From the NCBI GenBank assembly GCA_965223505.1, contig CBDCWP010000044.1:128001-192000 (forward strand): a stretch of 64,000 nucleotides of DNA, read 5' to 3'. Positions 1-11,676 of the stretch are shown here, piece by piece (the stretch's first letter is position 1; each line of letters opens with the position of its first letter). The stretch is from Planctomycetota bacterium. Lineage in GTDB: Bacteria; Planctomycetota; PLA2; JAEUHO01. The notes beneath the pieces were generated by a model that worked only from the letters and a program-made list of their open reading frames with translations, was not told the DNA's origin and searched no databases. A program made the translations under genes and the position numbers.

Positions 1-86
1 GCGCTGGAACGTACCAAGGCCCGACGGCCGGACCTGATGCCGCCCTCCGACGATTCGGAGCGATAATCGGCGGCGAGGAGACGGAC

Positions 87-740
87 ATGTTCACCGGGAT
101 CGTCACCCATCGGGGCCGCGTCGTGAACGCCGAGACGGTCGGCGACGGCGACGCCGCGCTACGGCGCTTGACCCTGGACACGAAGACGCCGCTCGAAGGG
201 GTGGCGGTCGGTGACTCCATCGCCCTCGACGGCTGCTGCTTGACCGTGGTTCGGATCGACGGATCTCGGCTCGACTTCGAAGCGGTGCCGGAGACCCTGC
301 GGTTGACGACGCTCGGCGAGCGCAGCGCGGGCGACGAGGTGAACCTCGAGACCGCCCTCAAGGCGGGGGACGTCATGGGCGGGCACTGGGTCCAGGGACA
401 CGTCGACGGAACCGGCCGCATCACCGAGGTCCGGCAGGTCGGCGACGACGTCCGCATGGTGGTCGAAGTGCCGTCCCGACTGCACGAGGGGTTGATCGCG
501 AAGGGGTCCGTGACCGTCGACGGCGTGAGCCTCACCGTCGGCGAGGTGTGGCGGGAGGGCGGCGAGCACGCGCGCGCGGCCGGTTCAGCGTCTACCTCAT
601 TCCGCATACCCTTGCGGTGACGGGCCTCGGCGGGCGCGCGCCCGGGGATCGCGTGAACATCGAGGTCGATGTCGTCGGCCGCTGGGTGGCCCATCACGTA
701 CGCCGCGCGATGGAGGGCCTCGCACGGCCGACCGATGAGG
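87..740 (+). CDS. ribE: Riboflavin synthase (alpha chain), frameshifted near 575-590; 3' end approximate
   Basis: Starts MFTGIV; has GDSIALDGCCLTV, GGHWVQGHVDG and KGSVTVDGVSLTV. The C-terminal part (SVYLIPHTL...GDRVNIEVDVVGRWV) continues in the frame of ORF 548..1357. Confidence 0.9.
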
Positions 741-785
741 AGCGTAGGACGAAGGTGACGTCCGAGCCGGCGGGGGAGAGAGCGC

Positions 786-1388
786 ATGAGCACTTCGAAA
801 ACTGTCTACTTCCTGGCCTTGGTGGCCCTGGTCGGGCTCGGCACGGCGTGCCAGGGCGCAGGCTTCAGCAACCTGCCTGCGCGATCGGGCGCTACCGCCG
901 AACCGGACGTGACGTCTCAGCGATACCGACCTGCAGGGTGTGGATCAATACTTCGCCTCGGGTCCCCAGGGCGCGAACTCGCGCTGGATCCTCGGCGGAC
1001 AACGTCGAGATCGTCGCCAGCACCGAGTACTTCTCGAACATCCTGTCGCTGAACCGCGGCCATTTCGTCAATCGGACGACCCGCGTCGAAGGCAACGAGA
1101 CGGTCGAGACGTTGCGCTTCCTCGGTGCGCCAAACCAGCGCAGCGCCATGACGAGCCCGCGCGCCCAGATCGGTACGGGGCATCACGGTGACGGCGCGCG
1201 ACACGCTGACCGTGCGGATGACGAAGACCCAGGATCCGAACGTGCCCGTGCGCATCCGGATCACCGCGACCGGCAACGCGTCGCGCGGTCACAAGGACGA
1301 CGTCAAGCTGCGCGGCCCGCAGCTTGCGATGGGGGGCAACCTCGTCCGGCAGGGTGAGCGCTGGGTCTGGATGCCGATCGACGGGTAG
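786..1388 (+). CDS. Putative lipoprotein, broken by several frameshifts
   Basis: Lipobox-type signal MSTSKTVYFLALVALVGLGTA-C. Protein-like segments continue through ORFs 940+, 548+ (DNVEIVASTEYFSNIL...) and 1188..1388. Confidence 0.55.
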
Positions 1389-1406
1389 CGAGACGCGAGA
1401 CCCCGG

Positions 1407-2040
1407 TCAGGGCTGCGGGAACTCGTTCAGCCAGTCGTCGTACTCGTCCTTGAGACCGTCGTACTCGCGCGATCCCTGGGTGCGCAGGTATTCCATCCGC
1501 TCCTTTGGCCGATGCCAGGAACGCTTTGCGCGCCTTCGCGTAGCCCGCGTCGGCCTCGCCGGCGAGATGGCGCTCGCGCAGGACGTACAGGCGCGCGCGC
1601 TCGATGGTGGCCGGACTCGCCAGCGGCGGATCCAGCCGGCCGAGCAGCTCGAGCCGTTCCCGCTCGCGATCGAACAGCGCCGCCATGTGCGCGTGGTAGG
1701 TCGCGTCGTCGATCTCGGCGAGCTGGCGGCGCGCGACCCAGAAGCGGATTTCGATCCGCTCCACGTCACGCAACGACCCTTCGCCCGCCCGGTACGGCCG
1801 CGAGCGCGTCGCGCATGCGCACGGCGAGCTCGTTGCGCCGTTCGCCGCAGCGCGTTCCCGACGTCCGAAAACGGATCGTCGATCACGGAGAGCCCAATCG
1901 GCCGTCGCGCCCGGATCGGCGACGACGGGGTCGCGCGGCGGCGTCTCGAAGTCGATGAGCTCGACGGCGGTCGGCTGCCACAGCAGATAGCCGGCCACCC
2001 CGCAGACGATCAAGCCGAGAACGATGAGCAGCGCACGCAC
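1407..2040 (-). CDS. Hypothetical membrane-anchored protein, frameshifted
   Basis: N-terminal TM segment MRALLIVLGLIVCGVAGYLLW. Plausible C-terminus (ERMEYLRTQGSREYDGLKDEYDDWLNEFPQP) lies in the frame of ORF 1407..1886. Confidence 0.5.
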
Positions 2041-2116
2041 GGACGCAAGCTACCAGAGGGGCGAGCGCGCCGCAGGGGCGGGGCTCGACCCCGCCCCGCG
2101 AGGACCGGACGGCGAC

Positions 2117-2320
2117 CAACCCCTGCCGGTCACGAAGGATCGGGGAGGACGAGTTGCGCTCGACCCCCTCCAGTCACGCCGGATACGGTGCCAGGCCAGC
2201 GATCGTTTCGTTCTCGCATTCCCCGTTACCGACCACCGGAACGCCCGGTCCTTGGATCCGTGGCCGCGAAAACGCAACGATCGAGCCAGGCACCCTGCGC
2301 ACTCGTGCCGCGCGCGAACC
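2117..2320. repeat. Intergenic repeat element, copy 1 (imperfect inverted repeat, REP/MITE-like)
   Basis: Arms 2187-2217 (ggtgccaggccagcgatcgtttcgttctcgc) and 2266-2294 (gcgaaaacgcaacgatcgagccaggcacc), preceded by two c(a/g)acccc..cc(a/g)gtcacg units. A closely similar copy is at 6687-6896. Confidence 0.75.
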
Positions 2321-2355
2321 ATGAACAGCGGCGCGCGACGGACTACGATCGGAGG

Positions 2356-3355
2356 ATGCCTGGAACCGTCACGATCCACACGTTCGAGAGCAAACGCCCT
2401 GAAGGGCAACGCACTCGAAGATCCGCACGTTCGGCGCGTGCCCGTCTACCTGCCCCCCGGCTACGACGACGGCGATGCACGCTATCCCGTTCTCTACGCA
2501 CTCGCCGGCTTCACCGGTAGTGGGCTCTCGTACTTGAACTACGACTGGTATCAGGAAAACCTGCCCGACCGGATGGACCGGCTCATCGAACAGGAGGGCA
2601 TGCCGCCGGCCGTCGTCGTCATGGTCGACGGCATGACCTCGATCGGCGGGAACCAGTACATCGACTCCTCGGCCGTGGGTTCCTACGCGACGCACGTCAA
2701 CACCGAGCTCGTGCCCTGGGCCGAGTCGACGTTTCGACTGCGCGAAGGCCGCGATCACCGCGGCTGCTTCGGCAAGTCCAGCGGCGGCTACGGCTCGATG
2801 ATGATGGCGCTCGAGCACGCGGACGTGTTCGCCGCGGCCGCGAGCCACTCCGGCGACTGCTACTTCGAGTACTGCTACGCACCGGACTTCCCCGCCGCGG
2901 CGGACGGGCTGCGGCGCGAAGGCGGCCTCTCGACGTTCCTAGAGAAGCTGAAGTCCAAGGCGTGGCCGAAATTCCCTCCGAGTTTGTTCCACACGCTGAA
3001 CGTCGTGGCGATGGCGCACTTCTACGGGCCGAACCCCGACGCACGACACGGCTTCGATCTTCCCTTCGACGAGCGGACGGGGGAGCGCCGCGACGACGTC
3101 ATGGCGCGTTGGAAGCAACGCGATCCGGCGGCGCTCGTCGAGAAGCACGCCGAGGCGCTGCGCTCGTTGAAGCTGCTCTGGATCGAGTGCGGCGACCACG
3201 ACGAGTGGAAGCTCCACCACGGCGCGCGGATCGTGCGCGAGCGGCTGCGGGACGCGGGTGTCGATCACGTCTACGAAGAGTTCGACGACGACCACAAGTC
3301 GCTGAACTATCGGTACGATCGGACGATTCCGGCGCTGGTGCGCGCTTTGTCGTAG
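2356..3355 (+). CDS. Putative esterase (enterochelin-esterase-like alpha/beta hydrolase); frameshift near 2392
   Basis: GGAGG then ATG at 2356 (MPGTVTIHTFES). Has VYLPPGYD..RYPVLY, nucleophile motif GKSSGG and EEFDDDH. Confidence 0.85.
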
Positions 3356-3465
3356 TTCAGGCCGGACCGGGGCGGAAGGTCTCTCACCCTGTGCCTACGA
3401 CCGGTGTTTTCCGGGGCCTTGGGATAGACTGGAAGCTGCTTCGGTCCTTCCCTGAGGTACCCGCC

Positions 3466-5019
3466 ATGCCCGCATGCTTCGACCTTCGCCGCGCACTCCT
3501 GCTGCTGGCTGTCTTCGCCCTGTTCGCCTGCCTCGCGTCGGGCCAGCCCCAGACGGCGTTCGCCGAGGAGAAGAAACCGGATGGCGAGGAGAAGGACGGC
3601 GAGGACGACGGGAACGAGCCGGGGGCGAACCTCGGCGAGCGCGACGTCTCCTTCATGAAGAAGGTCAACTGGGCGATCGAGTACGGCGTCAACTGGCTGA
3701 AGGCGAAGCCCGCGATCTTCGAGATGAAGAAGGGCGACGAGGCCGCGCACTGGGGCCTGGTGAAGGGCACGCGGATCTACGGCGGCGGCCAGGGTCCGCA
3801 GTACCGGCACCCGGCCGGTCCGACGGCGCTCGCGCTCTACACGCTGCTCAAGTGCGGCGTCGACCCGAAGGATCCCGTGATCGTCAAGGGCTTCAACTGG
3901 CTCAAGCTCTTGCATCGCGTCACGCCGAAATACGACGGCGTGGACGCGGGCGGAAAGTCGTGGACGCACACGCAGGCGGCGGGCTCGTACGAGTACTCCG
4001 TGATGATCCTCGCGCTGACGGCGAAGTGGGACCAGTACAAGAAGTCGTCGGCGAGCAAGACGGCGCAGCGCAAGGGCAAGCTCAAGATTCGCGACCGCGA
4101 AGACAAGGAGTGGTTGATCGAGCTCGTCGAGGGCCTGGTCGCGCGGCGCGGGCTCCCGGACGGCACGGGCGGCTCCGACGGAGCGCACGGCTGGCGGTAC
4201 AACGTTCCCAAGCTCACGCTGAGCGGCGGCAACCAGACCTGGACCCGCAACTCCGGCATGGGGCACATTGCCAATCAGGATCTCTCGAGCACGCAGCTCG
4301 CCGCGCTGGCGCTGTCGAGCGCGCACCGCTTCGGCGTGAAACCGAAGACCGCCGACGTCTGGATCGACATCGTCAAGTTCACGTTGGACCACCAGGAGCC
4401 GAAGGGGCCCGAGCACGAGCGCCACGATCCGGTGTACGACGGCAACAAGTACGCCAAGCCGATGGATCACGCGCGCGGCTTCTGCTACATCAAGGACAGC
4501 CCGGAAGGCAGTGAAGGCAAGGCGACGGGCTCGATGACGGCGTGCGGCGTGACGAACCTCTTGATCGCCGCGGAGATCTTGAGCACCGACAAGAAGTACA
4601 AGAAGACGTGGGAGAAGGCGATGCTCTCGCGCAAGGTGAACAAGGGCATCTGGGACGGCATTGCCTGGCTGGACAAGCACTGGACGAAGTTCGAGAACCC
4701 GTACAGCAAGTACGGCTACCACATCTACTACTGGTACGCGATCGAGCGTGCGATGGACATCCTCAACAAGAAGCTCTGTGGTTCGCACCTCTGGTACAAG
4801 ACCGGCGCGGAGGCGTTGCTGGCCAACCAGAACCCGGTGCGGGTGAAGGTGCGGGTCGGCAAGAAGCAGAAGCTCGAGGAGGTCGACGGGACGTTCTGGC
4901 AGACGAACTCGACGCACGAGCCGAAGGACGTGATCGACACGTGCTTCGCGTTGCTGTTCCTGAAGCGCGCGACGCGGGGCTTCCTGCCGACACCGGGACC
5001 GGTGGTGACGGGGGAGTAG
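3466..5019 (+). CDS. Secreted prenyltransferase/squalene-oxidase repeat (alpha/alpha toroid) protein
   Basis: Signal peptide; motifs AIEYGVNWL, GPTALALYTLL, GWRY, DLSSTQLAALAL, GSMTACG, YYWYAIERA, TCFALLFLKRAT. Confidence 0.7.
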   Translation: MPACFDLRRALLLLAVFALFACLASGQPQTAFAEEKKPDGEEKDGEDDGNEPGANLGERDVSFMKKVNWAIEYGVNWLKAKPAIFEMKKGDEAAHWGLVKGTRIYGGGQGPQYRHPAGPTALALYTLLKCGVDPKDPVIVKGFNWLKLLHRVTPKYDGVDAGGKSWTHTQAAGSYEYSVMILALTAKWDQYKKSSASKTAQRKGKLKIRDREDKEWLIELVEGLVARRGLPDGTGGSDGAHGWRYNVPKLTLSGGNQTWTRNSGMGHIANQDLSSTQLAALALSSAHRFGVKPKTADVWIDIVKFTLDHQEPKGPEHERHDPVYDGNKYAKPMDHARGFCYIKDSPEGSEGKATGSMTACGVTNLLIAAEILSTDKKYKKTWEKAMLSRKVNKGIWDGIAWLDKHWTKFENPYSKYGYHIYYWYAIERAMDILNKKLCGSHLWYKTGAEALLANQNPVRVKVRVGKKQKLEEVDGTFWQTNSTHEPKDVIDTCFALLFLKRATRGFLPTPGPVVTGE

Positions 5020-5025
5020 CTTCCT

Positions 5026-5103
5026 CGCGGCCTTCGGCCGCGACCGTTCCCTCGCTCCGCTCGGACCTCGGGCTTCGCCCTCGGTAGACCCGCGCTTCGC
5101 GCG
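5026..5103. repeat. Cluster of short GC hairpins with TTCG-type loops (REP-like)
   Basis: cgcggccttcggccgcg (5026-5042), gggcttcgccc (5070-5080), cgcgcttcgcgcg (5091-5103). Confidence 0.55.
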
Positions 5104-5144
5104 TGTCCGAACTGGAAGCTTCTTCTTCAAGGGGGGCATGGCCC

Positions 5145-6594
5145 CATCGCCGTCAATTTAGGCCGCTGGTTGCGCTAATTCTGGCCTGATTCAACTCCGA
5201 TCCCTCAGGTGAGGAGGGCGCGGTGGCGAAGGCCAATCGAGATGATCAAGTCGATCTCGTCTGCGTGGCCGAGCTGCTCCATGAGCACCTGAACGGGTCG
5301 CTGGTGGCGGCTGCGTTCGAGGATCTCCGAGATGGCGAGCGCGAGCGCGTCTGGACGCTGCAACAGATGGTGGCGTTCTGGACAGCTGTGATCTTGCGGG
5401 CGCCTGAGTCGCTCAGCCAAGCGCTTCGAGAGGCGGCTGGGGATCGGTCGTCCGGATACCCGCCGGTGGAAACCTCCAACCAGGCGTTCTTCCAGCGCTG
5501 TGGCAACCTGCGATGGGAGTTCTTCGCGAAGGTGTTTCGGGCCTTCGTTGAGAGTGTGAGCTCTTCGGAGCCGGCTCGGTTTGCCCAACGCCACCAGGAT
5601 GTTGCTGAGCGCTTCGACCGCATCCTGATCCTGGATGGCTCGAACCTCGATCCCGTAGCGCGGCGTTTGAAGATCACGTGGGAGGATACGGCAACGCCGA
5701 TCCCCGGTTCGATGCTCGCGTGCTACGACCTCATGCGAGGCAGCCTGGCCGATCTGCGCTACTCCCATACGTTGAAGAAAGGCGAGCTGATTTCCGCTCG
5801 CGAGGTGCTCGGGCAGCTTCCCAAGGGCAGCCTGGTTCTCGGGGACCGTCTGTACGGAACACCGAAGTTTCTCTCAGAAGCCCAAGAAGCTAGCCTTTAC
5901 GGGGTGTTTCGGCGCCAGCGACATGCTCATGTGGAGGTGCAGGAGGACTTGGGCAGTTGCGCCTACGGCGGGGGCACGCTCCAGGACAAAGCCGTCACGT
6001 TCGGCAAGCAAGCCAGGCTTGCGGCTCGGCTGATTCGGCTCTCGCTGGGAGAGAAGACCTACGAGTTCGCAACCAACGTCCTGGATCCCGAGCGCCTATC
6101 CGCAGCGGAGATCGCAGAGCTGTACGCCGATCGCTGGGAGGTCGAGCGCATGTTCTACGACCTCAAGGAGGTACTCAACCTCCATCGCTTCTACTGCGGC
6201 AACGCGAACGCGATCGCGATGCAACTCTATGCGTCCGCGATCGTGCACACCGCGATGCGCATAGCCCAGGGCCGAATCGCGCACGAAGCTGCTGTCGAGC
6301 CGGAAGACATCTCCGAGGCGAAGCTCTTTCCGCTCCTCGGCGCCACCTCAGCCACCCTGGTGACCCTCGAGATGGGGTTCTTGCTCACCGAGCGCGCCAA
6401 CCCCGGAGTGAAGCTGCGCAAGCCCGACTGGCATGACGCCTGCTGCCTCCAAGTGCCACTTTGGAGGATCCTCGCCGACAAGACCCGCGGCAACCGACCC
6501 CGCGACACCTGCCGGCCGGACTGGCGGGGACGATGGAGGGAACTGCCGCCACCACCAGGTGCCCCGCGGGGGCCTCCTTAAGTTGACGGCGATG
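5145..6594 (+). mobile_element. Complete IS4-family insertion sequence (1450 bp)
   Basis: IRL catcgccgtcaatttagg (5145-5162) and IRR reverse complement catcgccgtcaacttaag (6577-6594), 16/18 identical. 11-bp direct repeat gggcatggccc at 5134-5144 and 6595-6605. Confidence 0.92.
5223..6581 (+). CDS. IS4-family DDE transposase
   Basis: ILILDGS, LVLGDRLY, and the Y-x2-R-x3-E-x6-K signature YADRWEVERMFYDLK. Stop codon lies within IRR. Confidence 0.92.
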   Translation: MAKANRDDQVDLVCVAELLHEHLNGSLVAAAFEDLRDGERERVWTLQQMVAFWTAVILRAPESLSQALREAAGDRSSGYPPVETSNQAFFQRCGNLRWEFFAKVFRAFVESVSSSEPARFAQRHQDVAERFDRILILDGSNLDPVARRLKITWEDTATPIPGSMLACYDLMRGSLADLRYSHTLKKGELISAREVLGQLPKGSLVLGDRLYGTPKFLSEAQEASLYGVFRRQRHAHVEVQEDLGSCAYGGGTLQDKAVTFGKQARLAARLIRLSLGEKTYEFATNVLDPERLSAAEIAELYADRWEVERMFYDLKEVLNLHRFYCGNANAIAMQLYASAIVHTAMRIAQGRIAHEAAVEPEDISEAKLFPLLGATSATLVTLEMGFLLTERANPGVKLRKPDWHDACCLQVPLWRILADKTRGNRPRDTCRPDWRGRWRELPPPPGAPRGPP

Positions 6595-6686
6595 GGGCAT
6601 GGCCCCCCTTTCGGGCTCCGCTCCGCTACGCCCTATCCCCCTCTGTGGCGCCTGCGGCGCACCCGGGGTGCCGCCTGCCGGCAGCA

Positions 6687-6896
6687 CGACCCCTCTCCAG
6701 TCACGCGCGAACCGTGTGCGGGCCGGCGAACAACCCCTCTCCGGTCACGCCCGATACGGTGCCAGGCTAGCGATTGTCTCGTTTTCGCAGTACCTCCCCA
6801 ACCGTCCCACCACACCGCCATCCCCCGCAACTCAACAGCCGCGAAAACGCAACAATCGAGCCAGGCACCCTACGCGTATCGTCCCGCACGCGAACC
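6687..6896. repeat. Intergenic repeat element, copy 2
   Basis: Arms 6758-6788 (ggtgccaggctagcgattgtctcgttttcgc) and 6841-6869 (gcgaaaacgcaacaatcgagccaggcacc); upstream units at 6687 and 6731. Confidence 0.75.
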
Positions 6897-6992
6897 GCGC
6901 CCGGCGCGCGCAGTTCCGGGCCGTCGTTCGCTCAAAACAAGACGCCGCGATCCAGCGCCGTACGATCCCGCCAACGCCCCCCGGAGAAGCAC

Positions 6993-8149
<1,157 letters not shown>

Positions 8150-8153
<4 letters not shown>

Positions 8154-9124
8154 GCATTCTCGTCGGCAAGAACACACGCGTCGTCACGCAGGGCATCACC
8201 GGCGAGTTCGGGATGCTGCACACGCTCGCCTGCAAGAAGTACGGCACGAACATCGTCGCCGGCTGTACGCCGGGCAAAGGCGGCAAGAAGGTCAAGGGGA
8301 TTCCGGTCTACGACACGATGTCGGAGGCGGTCGAGCGGTCGGGCGCCAACACGAGCATGATCTTCGTGCCGGCGCCGTTCGCCGCGGACGCGGTCGAGGA
8401 GGCCGTCGACGCCGGCATCGAGCTGATCGTCTGCATCACCGAGGGCGTCCCCGCGCTCGACGAGGTACGCATGAAGCTCGTCGTCGAGGCGGCCGGCGCG
8501 CGCATGATCGGCCCCAACTGCCCCGGGGTGATCAGCCCGCGCGAACGCGCGAAGGTCGGCATCATGCCGGGCGACATCCACAAGCCCGGCAAGGTCGGCG
8601 TCGTCTCGCGCTCCGGTACGCTCACCTACGAAGCGGTCTGGCAGCTCTCCGAGCTCGGCCTTGGTCAGAGCACTTGCATCGGCATCGGCGGCGATCCCGT
8701 CATCGGGACGACGCACACGGACGTGCTCGCGATGTTCCAGGAAGACAAGGGCACCGAGGCGATCGTCATGATCGGCGAGATCGGCGGCACCGCGGAAGAG
8801 GAGGCGGCCGCCTTCATCAAGGCCAACGTCGACAAGCCGGTCGTCGGCTTCGTCGCCGGCGCGACGGCGCCGCCCGGCAAGCGCATGGGGCACGCCGGCG
8901 CGATCATCGCGGGCGGCAAGGGCACGGCGGCCGAGAAGAAGGACGCATTGCGCGCGGCCGGCATCTACGTGGCGGAGAGCCCGGCGGAGATGGGATCGAC
9001 GATGGTCGAGGCGTTGCGCACGTTCCGCAAGCGCAAGCGCGCTTCGAAGAAGCGCGCCGGATCTCGCAAGAAGACCGCGCGCAAGAAGACGGCCAAGAAG
9101 AGGTCGCGCGCGAAGGCACGGTAG
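8150..9124 (+). CDS. sucD: Succinyl-CoA ligase alpha subunit with a Lys/Arg-rich C-terminal tail
   Basis: GTGA overlap with the sucC stop; [35 protein letters not shown]. Confidence 0.97.
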
Positions 9125-9134
9125 ACTTCGGCGC

Positions 9135-9908
9135 ATGCCGCGCCTCGTCGACTGTCCCGGCCACGTCCGCTTGACGGCGGGCTGTTTTGCGCTGCTCATC
9201 CTCGGCTTCGGGTTGCTCGCCCAGGTCAACCTCTGGGTGCAGGACGGCGGAGGCTCGGCGCCGGGCCCCGAGCAGATCCTCTGGAAGTACAACGGCAAAC
9301 CGGACAGCACGAAGCTGCACATGGTGCTCGACCCCGCGTTGCCCGAGGACGACGATCACGCGATGTGGCCGTTCCTGGGCGCGACGCCCGCGGAGATCGA
9401 GACGCGCCGGAAACAGATTTTCGACTGGATCGACGCGGGCGCGCCCAACGACGACGTCTTCAAGAGCACGTTGCGACCGATCTTCGCCGGCGAGGAGACG
9501 TGCGGACAGTGCCACGCGCCCGACGGCACCATGGCGAGCCTGCCGTTCGAGTACTACGACGAGGTGCTCGTCGTCGCGCAGCCGGACCGCGGCATGCCGC
9601 TCGGGCAGCTGACGATCAGCGCGCACAACCATCTCTTCGGCTTCGCGGTCATGGCGTTGCTGCTCTCCCTCGGCCTGTGCATGACCCGGGTCGGTGGGCG
9701 CCTGCGGACCGTGCTCATCCTCGCGGCCTTCGTCGGCCCTGCGTTGGACATCGGCTCGTGGTTCCTCACCAAGTACGTCGGCGCGCCGTTCCATCTCACG
9801 GTGATGGCGGGCGGCGCGCTCTTCGGGCTCTCGACCATGGCCATGGCGCTGTTGATCCTGGCGGACGCGCTGCGCCTGCGGTCGGACGGGGGAAATGACG
9901 ACGCGTAG
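9135..9908 (+). CDS. Membrane protein with a single heme c-binding motif
   Basis: N-terminal TM, soluble domain with CGQCH, then about 3 TM helices (SAHNHLFGFAVM...). Confidence 0.65.
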   Translation: MPRLVDCPGHVRLTAGCFALLILGFGLLAQVNLWVQDGGGSAPGPEQILWKYNGKPDSTKLHMVLDPALPEDDDHAMWPFLGATPAEIETRRKQIFDWIDAGAPNDDVFKSTLRPIFAGEETCGQCHAPDGTMASLPFEYYDEVLVVAQPDRGMPLGQLTISAHNHLFGFAVMALLLSLGLCMTRVGGRLRTVLILAAFVGPALDIGSWFLTKYVGAPFHLTVMAGGALFGLSTMAMALLILADALRLRSDGGNDDA

Positions 9909-11676
9909 ACCCGGTCTGGTCGTGGTCCTCGTCGCCGTGGGGTTGGCGTGCGCCGTCGGACTGCCGGGCGTTTGCGCGGGCGAGAAGCTCACGCCGCCGC
10001 CGCCGCCCGATCGCGGCTTCTACGTGCAGCATCTCGCGGCGTGGGTCGAGGACAAGTGCATGGACTGCCATCGCGGCGGCGGGGGCGCGCTTCGATTCGA
10101 CAAGCCTCGCGCGGGGCAGAGCGAGCTCGAGCGGCGGCGCTCGGACTTCGAACGCATCCGCGCGTTCGTCAATCCCAACGTGCCGTGGGAGAGCCGGCTG
10201 TACCTCAAGCTCTTGCATCCCGCGGACGGTGGCGACCCGCACGTCGGCGGTCCGTTCGTCGGCGTCGACGACGAGGAGCACGACACGCTGCTCGACTTCG
10301 TGTCCGGTGCGACGCTGAGCAATCTGCCGCCCGAGGTCTACCTGGGGGAGACGAGCATTCTCGCCAAACCGGGTGAGGAGGTCGTCATCGACGGCCGCGA
10401 CTCCTACGACCGCGATCGCGAGGACATGGACAAGCTCGTGTACTGGTGGGAGCTGTACGCGAAACCCCCGGGCTCGAGCGCACAGCTGCCCGACAAGCGC
10501 GCTTCGCGGTTCGTCTTCGAGCCCGACATGGGCGGCAGCTACGTGTTCCGATTGCGCGTGAGCGACGGCAAGGTCTGGAGCGCGCCCCGCGACGTCGCGG
10601 TCGAGGTCTTCCACCACGTCCATGCCGAGAAACGGGACCCGGGGGGCATCTCCGGGCTCGAGAAGCTCGATGTCGGTCGATTGCAGAGGATTCGCCGCTT
10701 GTATCTCGACGTCTACGGGCGCGGCCCGACGCCCAGCGAGGCGATCACCGAGAGCGGCAACGGCATCAAGCTGCTGGTGAGCACGATCCTCGTGCGGGCG
10801 GAGTCGGGTCGCGCCTGGTACCAGGCGCTGACGGCGCGCTACGGGCTCTACGGCGACCACCGCCCCGTCAGCGACGAGGCGATCGCGCTCCCGTTGCGCA
10901 TTCCGGCCGAGGTCACGCCGCCGGCCGTCGCCGAAGCGGTGTTGTTGCGCGACCCCGCGTTCCTGCGCAGACATCCCCCCGGCCGCGCCTTGGCGCATGC
11001 GCTCATCGGCCTGGGCCTCGGTCGCCCGCCGTCGGACGCGGAGGTGGCCGCGGCGATCGAGCTGGCGAACGAACGCGAGACCGAGATGCCGGGCCTCGGC
11101 CGCGTCGTGTCGTCGCGCGACTGGATCGAGAAGGTGCTGGCCTCGCCCGCGTTCGAGCACGCCGCGGTCGTGCGCCGCCTCGGCCGCTTCCTCGACAGCG
11201 GCGACGCGGCCTCCCGTTCCGGCGCGGCGCTGACCGCGATCCAGACCGGCGGCGGCGCCTGGCGCGCGTTCCAGGAGAAGATCCTGCTCTCGGAGGCGTA
11301 CCTCGGTCGCAAGCGCCTGCGTCCCAAGGACGACCTCACGTTCGTGCGCAGCCTCTTCTACGACCTCCTCGAACGCAAGCCGACCGACCGCGAGCTCGCC
11401 GCCATGCTGCACGCGGTCGGCCAGCTGCCCGGCCGCGGCGCCCCGCTCGCCGCGCTCGCGAAGGTGATGATCGACTCGGGCGACGTGCCGCTGCCGCTGT
11501 TGGTTCACATCAAGGACGCGCCGCGCTGGATCAAGGATCGTTTCCTGCGCTACCTCGGCCGGCCGCCGCGGGCGAAGGAGCTCGAGGCGTACGGGAAGGC
11601 GCTGCTGCATCCGTCCGGTGGGCCCTGGTTGGTCCTGCAAGGGTTGCTCACCACGCCGGAGTACGCGTGCCGATGA
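9895..11676 (+). CDS. Secreted cytochrome c / PKD-like / DUF1553-like protein
   Basis: Signal peptide; CMDCH heme motif; PKD-like IDGRDSYDRD...GSYVFRLRVSDG; repeated RRLYLDVYGRGPT / SLFYDLLERKPT / FLRYLGRPP helical motifs. Confidence 0.6.
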   Translation: MTTRRPGLVVVLVAVGLACAVGLPGVCAGEKLTPPPPPDRGFYVQHLAAWVEDKCMDCHRGGGGALRFDKPRAGQSELERRRSDFERIRAFVNPNVPWESRLYLKLLHPADGGDPHVGGPFVGVDDEEHDTLLDFVSGATLSNLPPEVYLGETSILAKPGEEVVIDGRDSYDRDREDMDKLVYWWELYAKPPGSSAQLPDKRASRFVFEPDMGGSYVFRLRVSDGKVWSAPRDVAVEVFHHVHAEKRDPGGISGLEKLDVGRLQRIRRLYLDVYGRGPTPSEAITESGNGIKLLVSTILVRAESGRAWYQALTARYGLYGDHRPVSDEAIALPLRIPAEVTPPAVAEAVLLRDPAFLRRHPPGRALAHALIGLGLGRPPSDAEVAAAIELANERETEMPGLGRVVSSRDWIEKVLASPAFEHAAVVRRLGRFLDSGDAASRSGAALTAIQTGGGAWRAFQEKILLSEAYLGRKRLRPKDDLTFVRSLFYDLLERKPTDRELAAMLHAVGQLPGRGAPLAALAKVMIDSGDVPLPLLVHIKDAPRWIKDRFLRYLGRPPRAKELEAYGKALLHPSGGPWLVLQGLLTTPEYACR

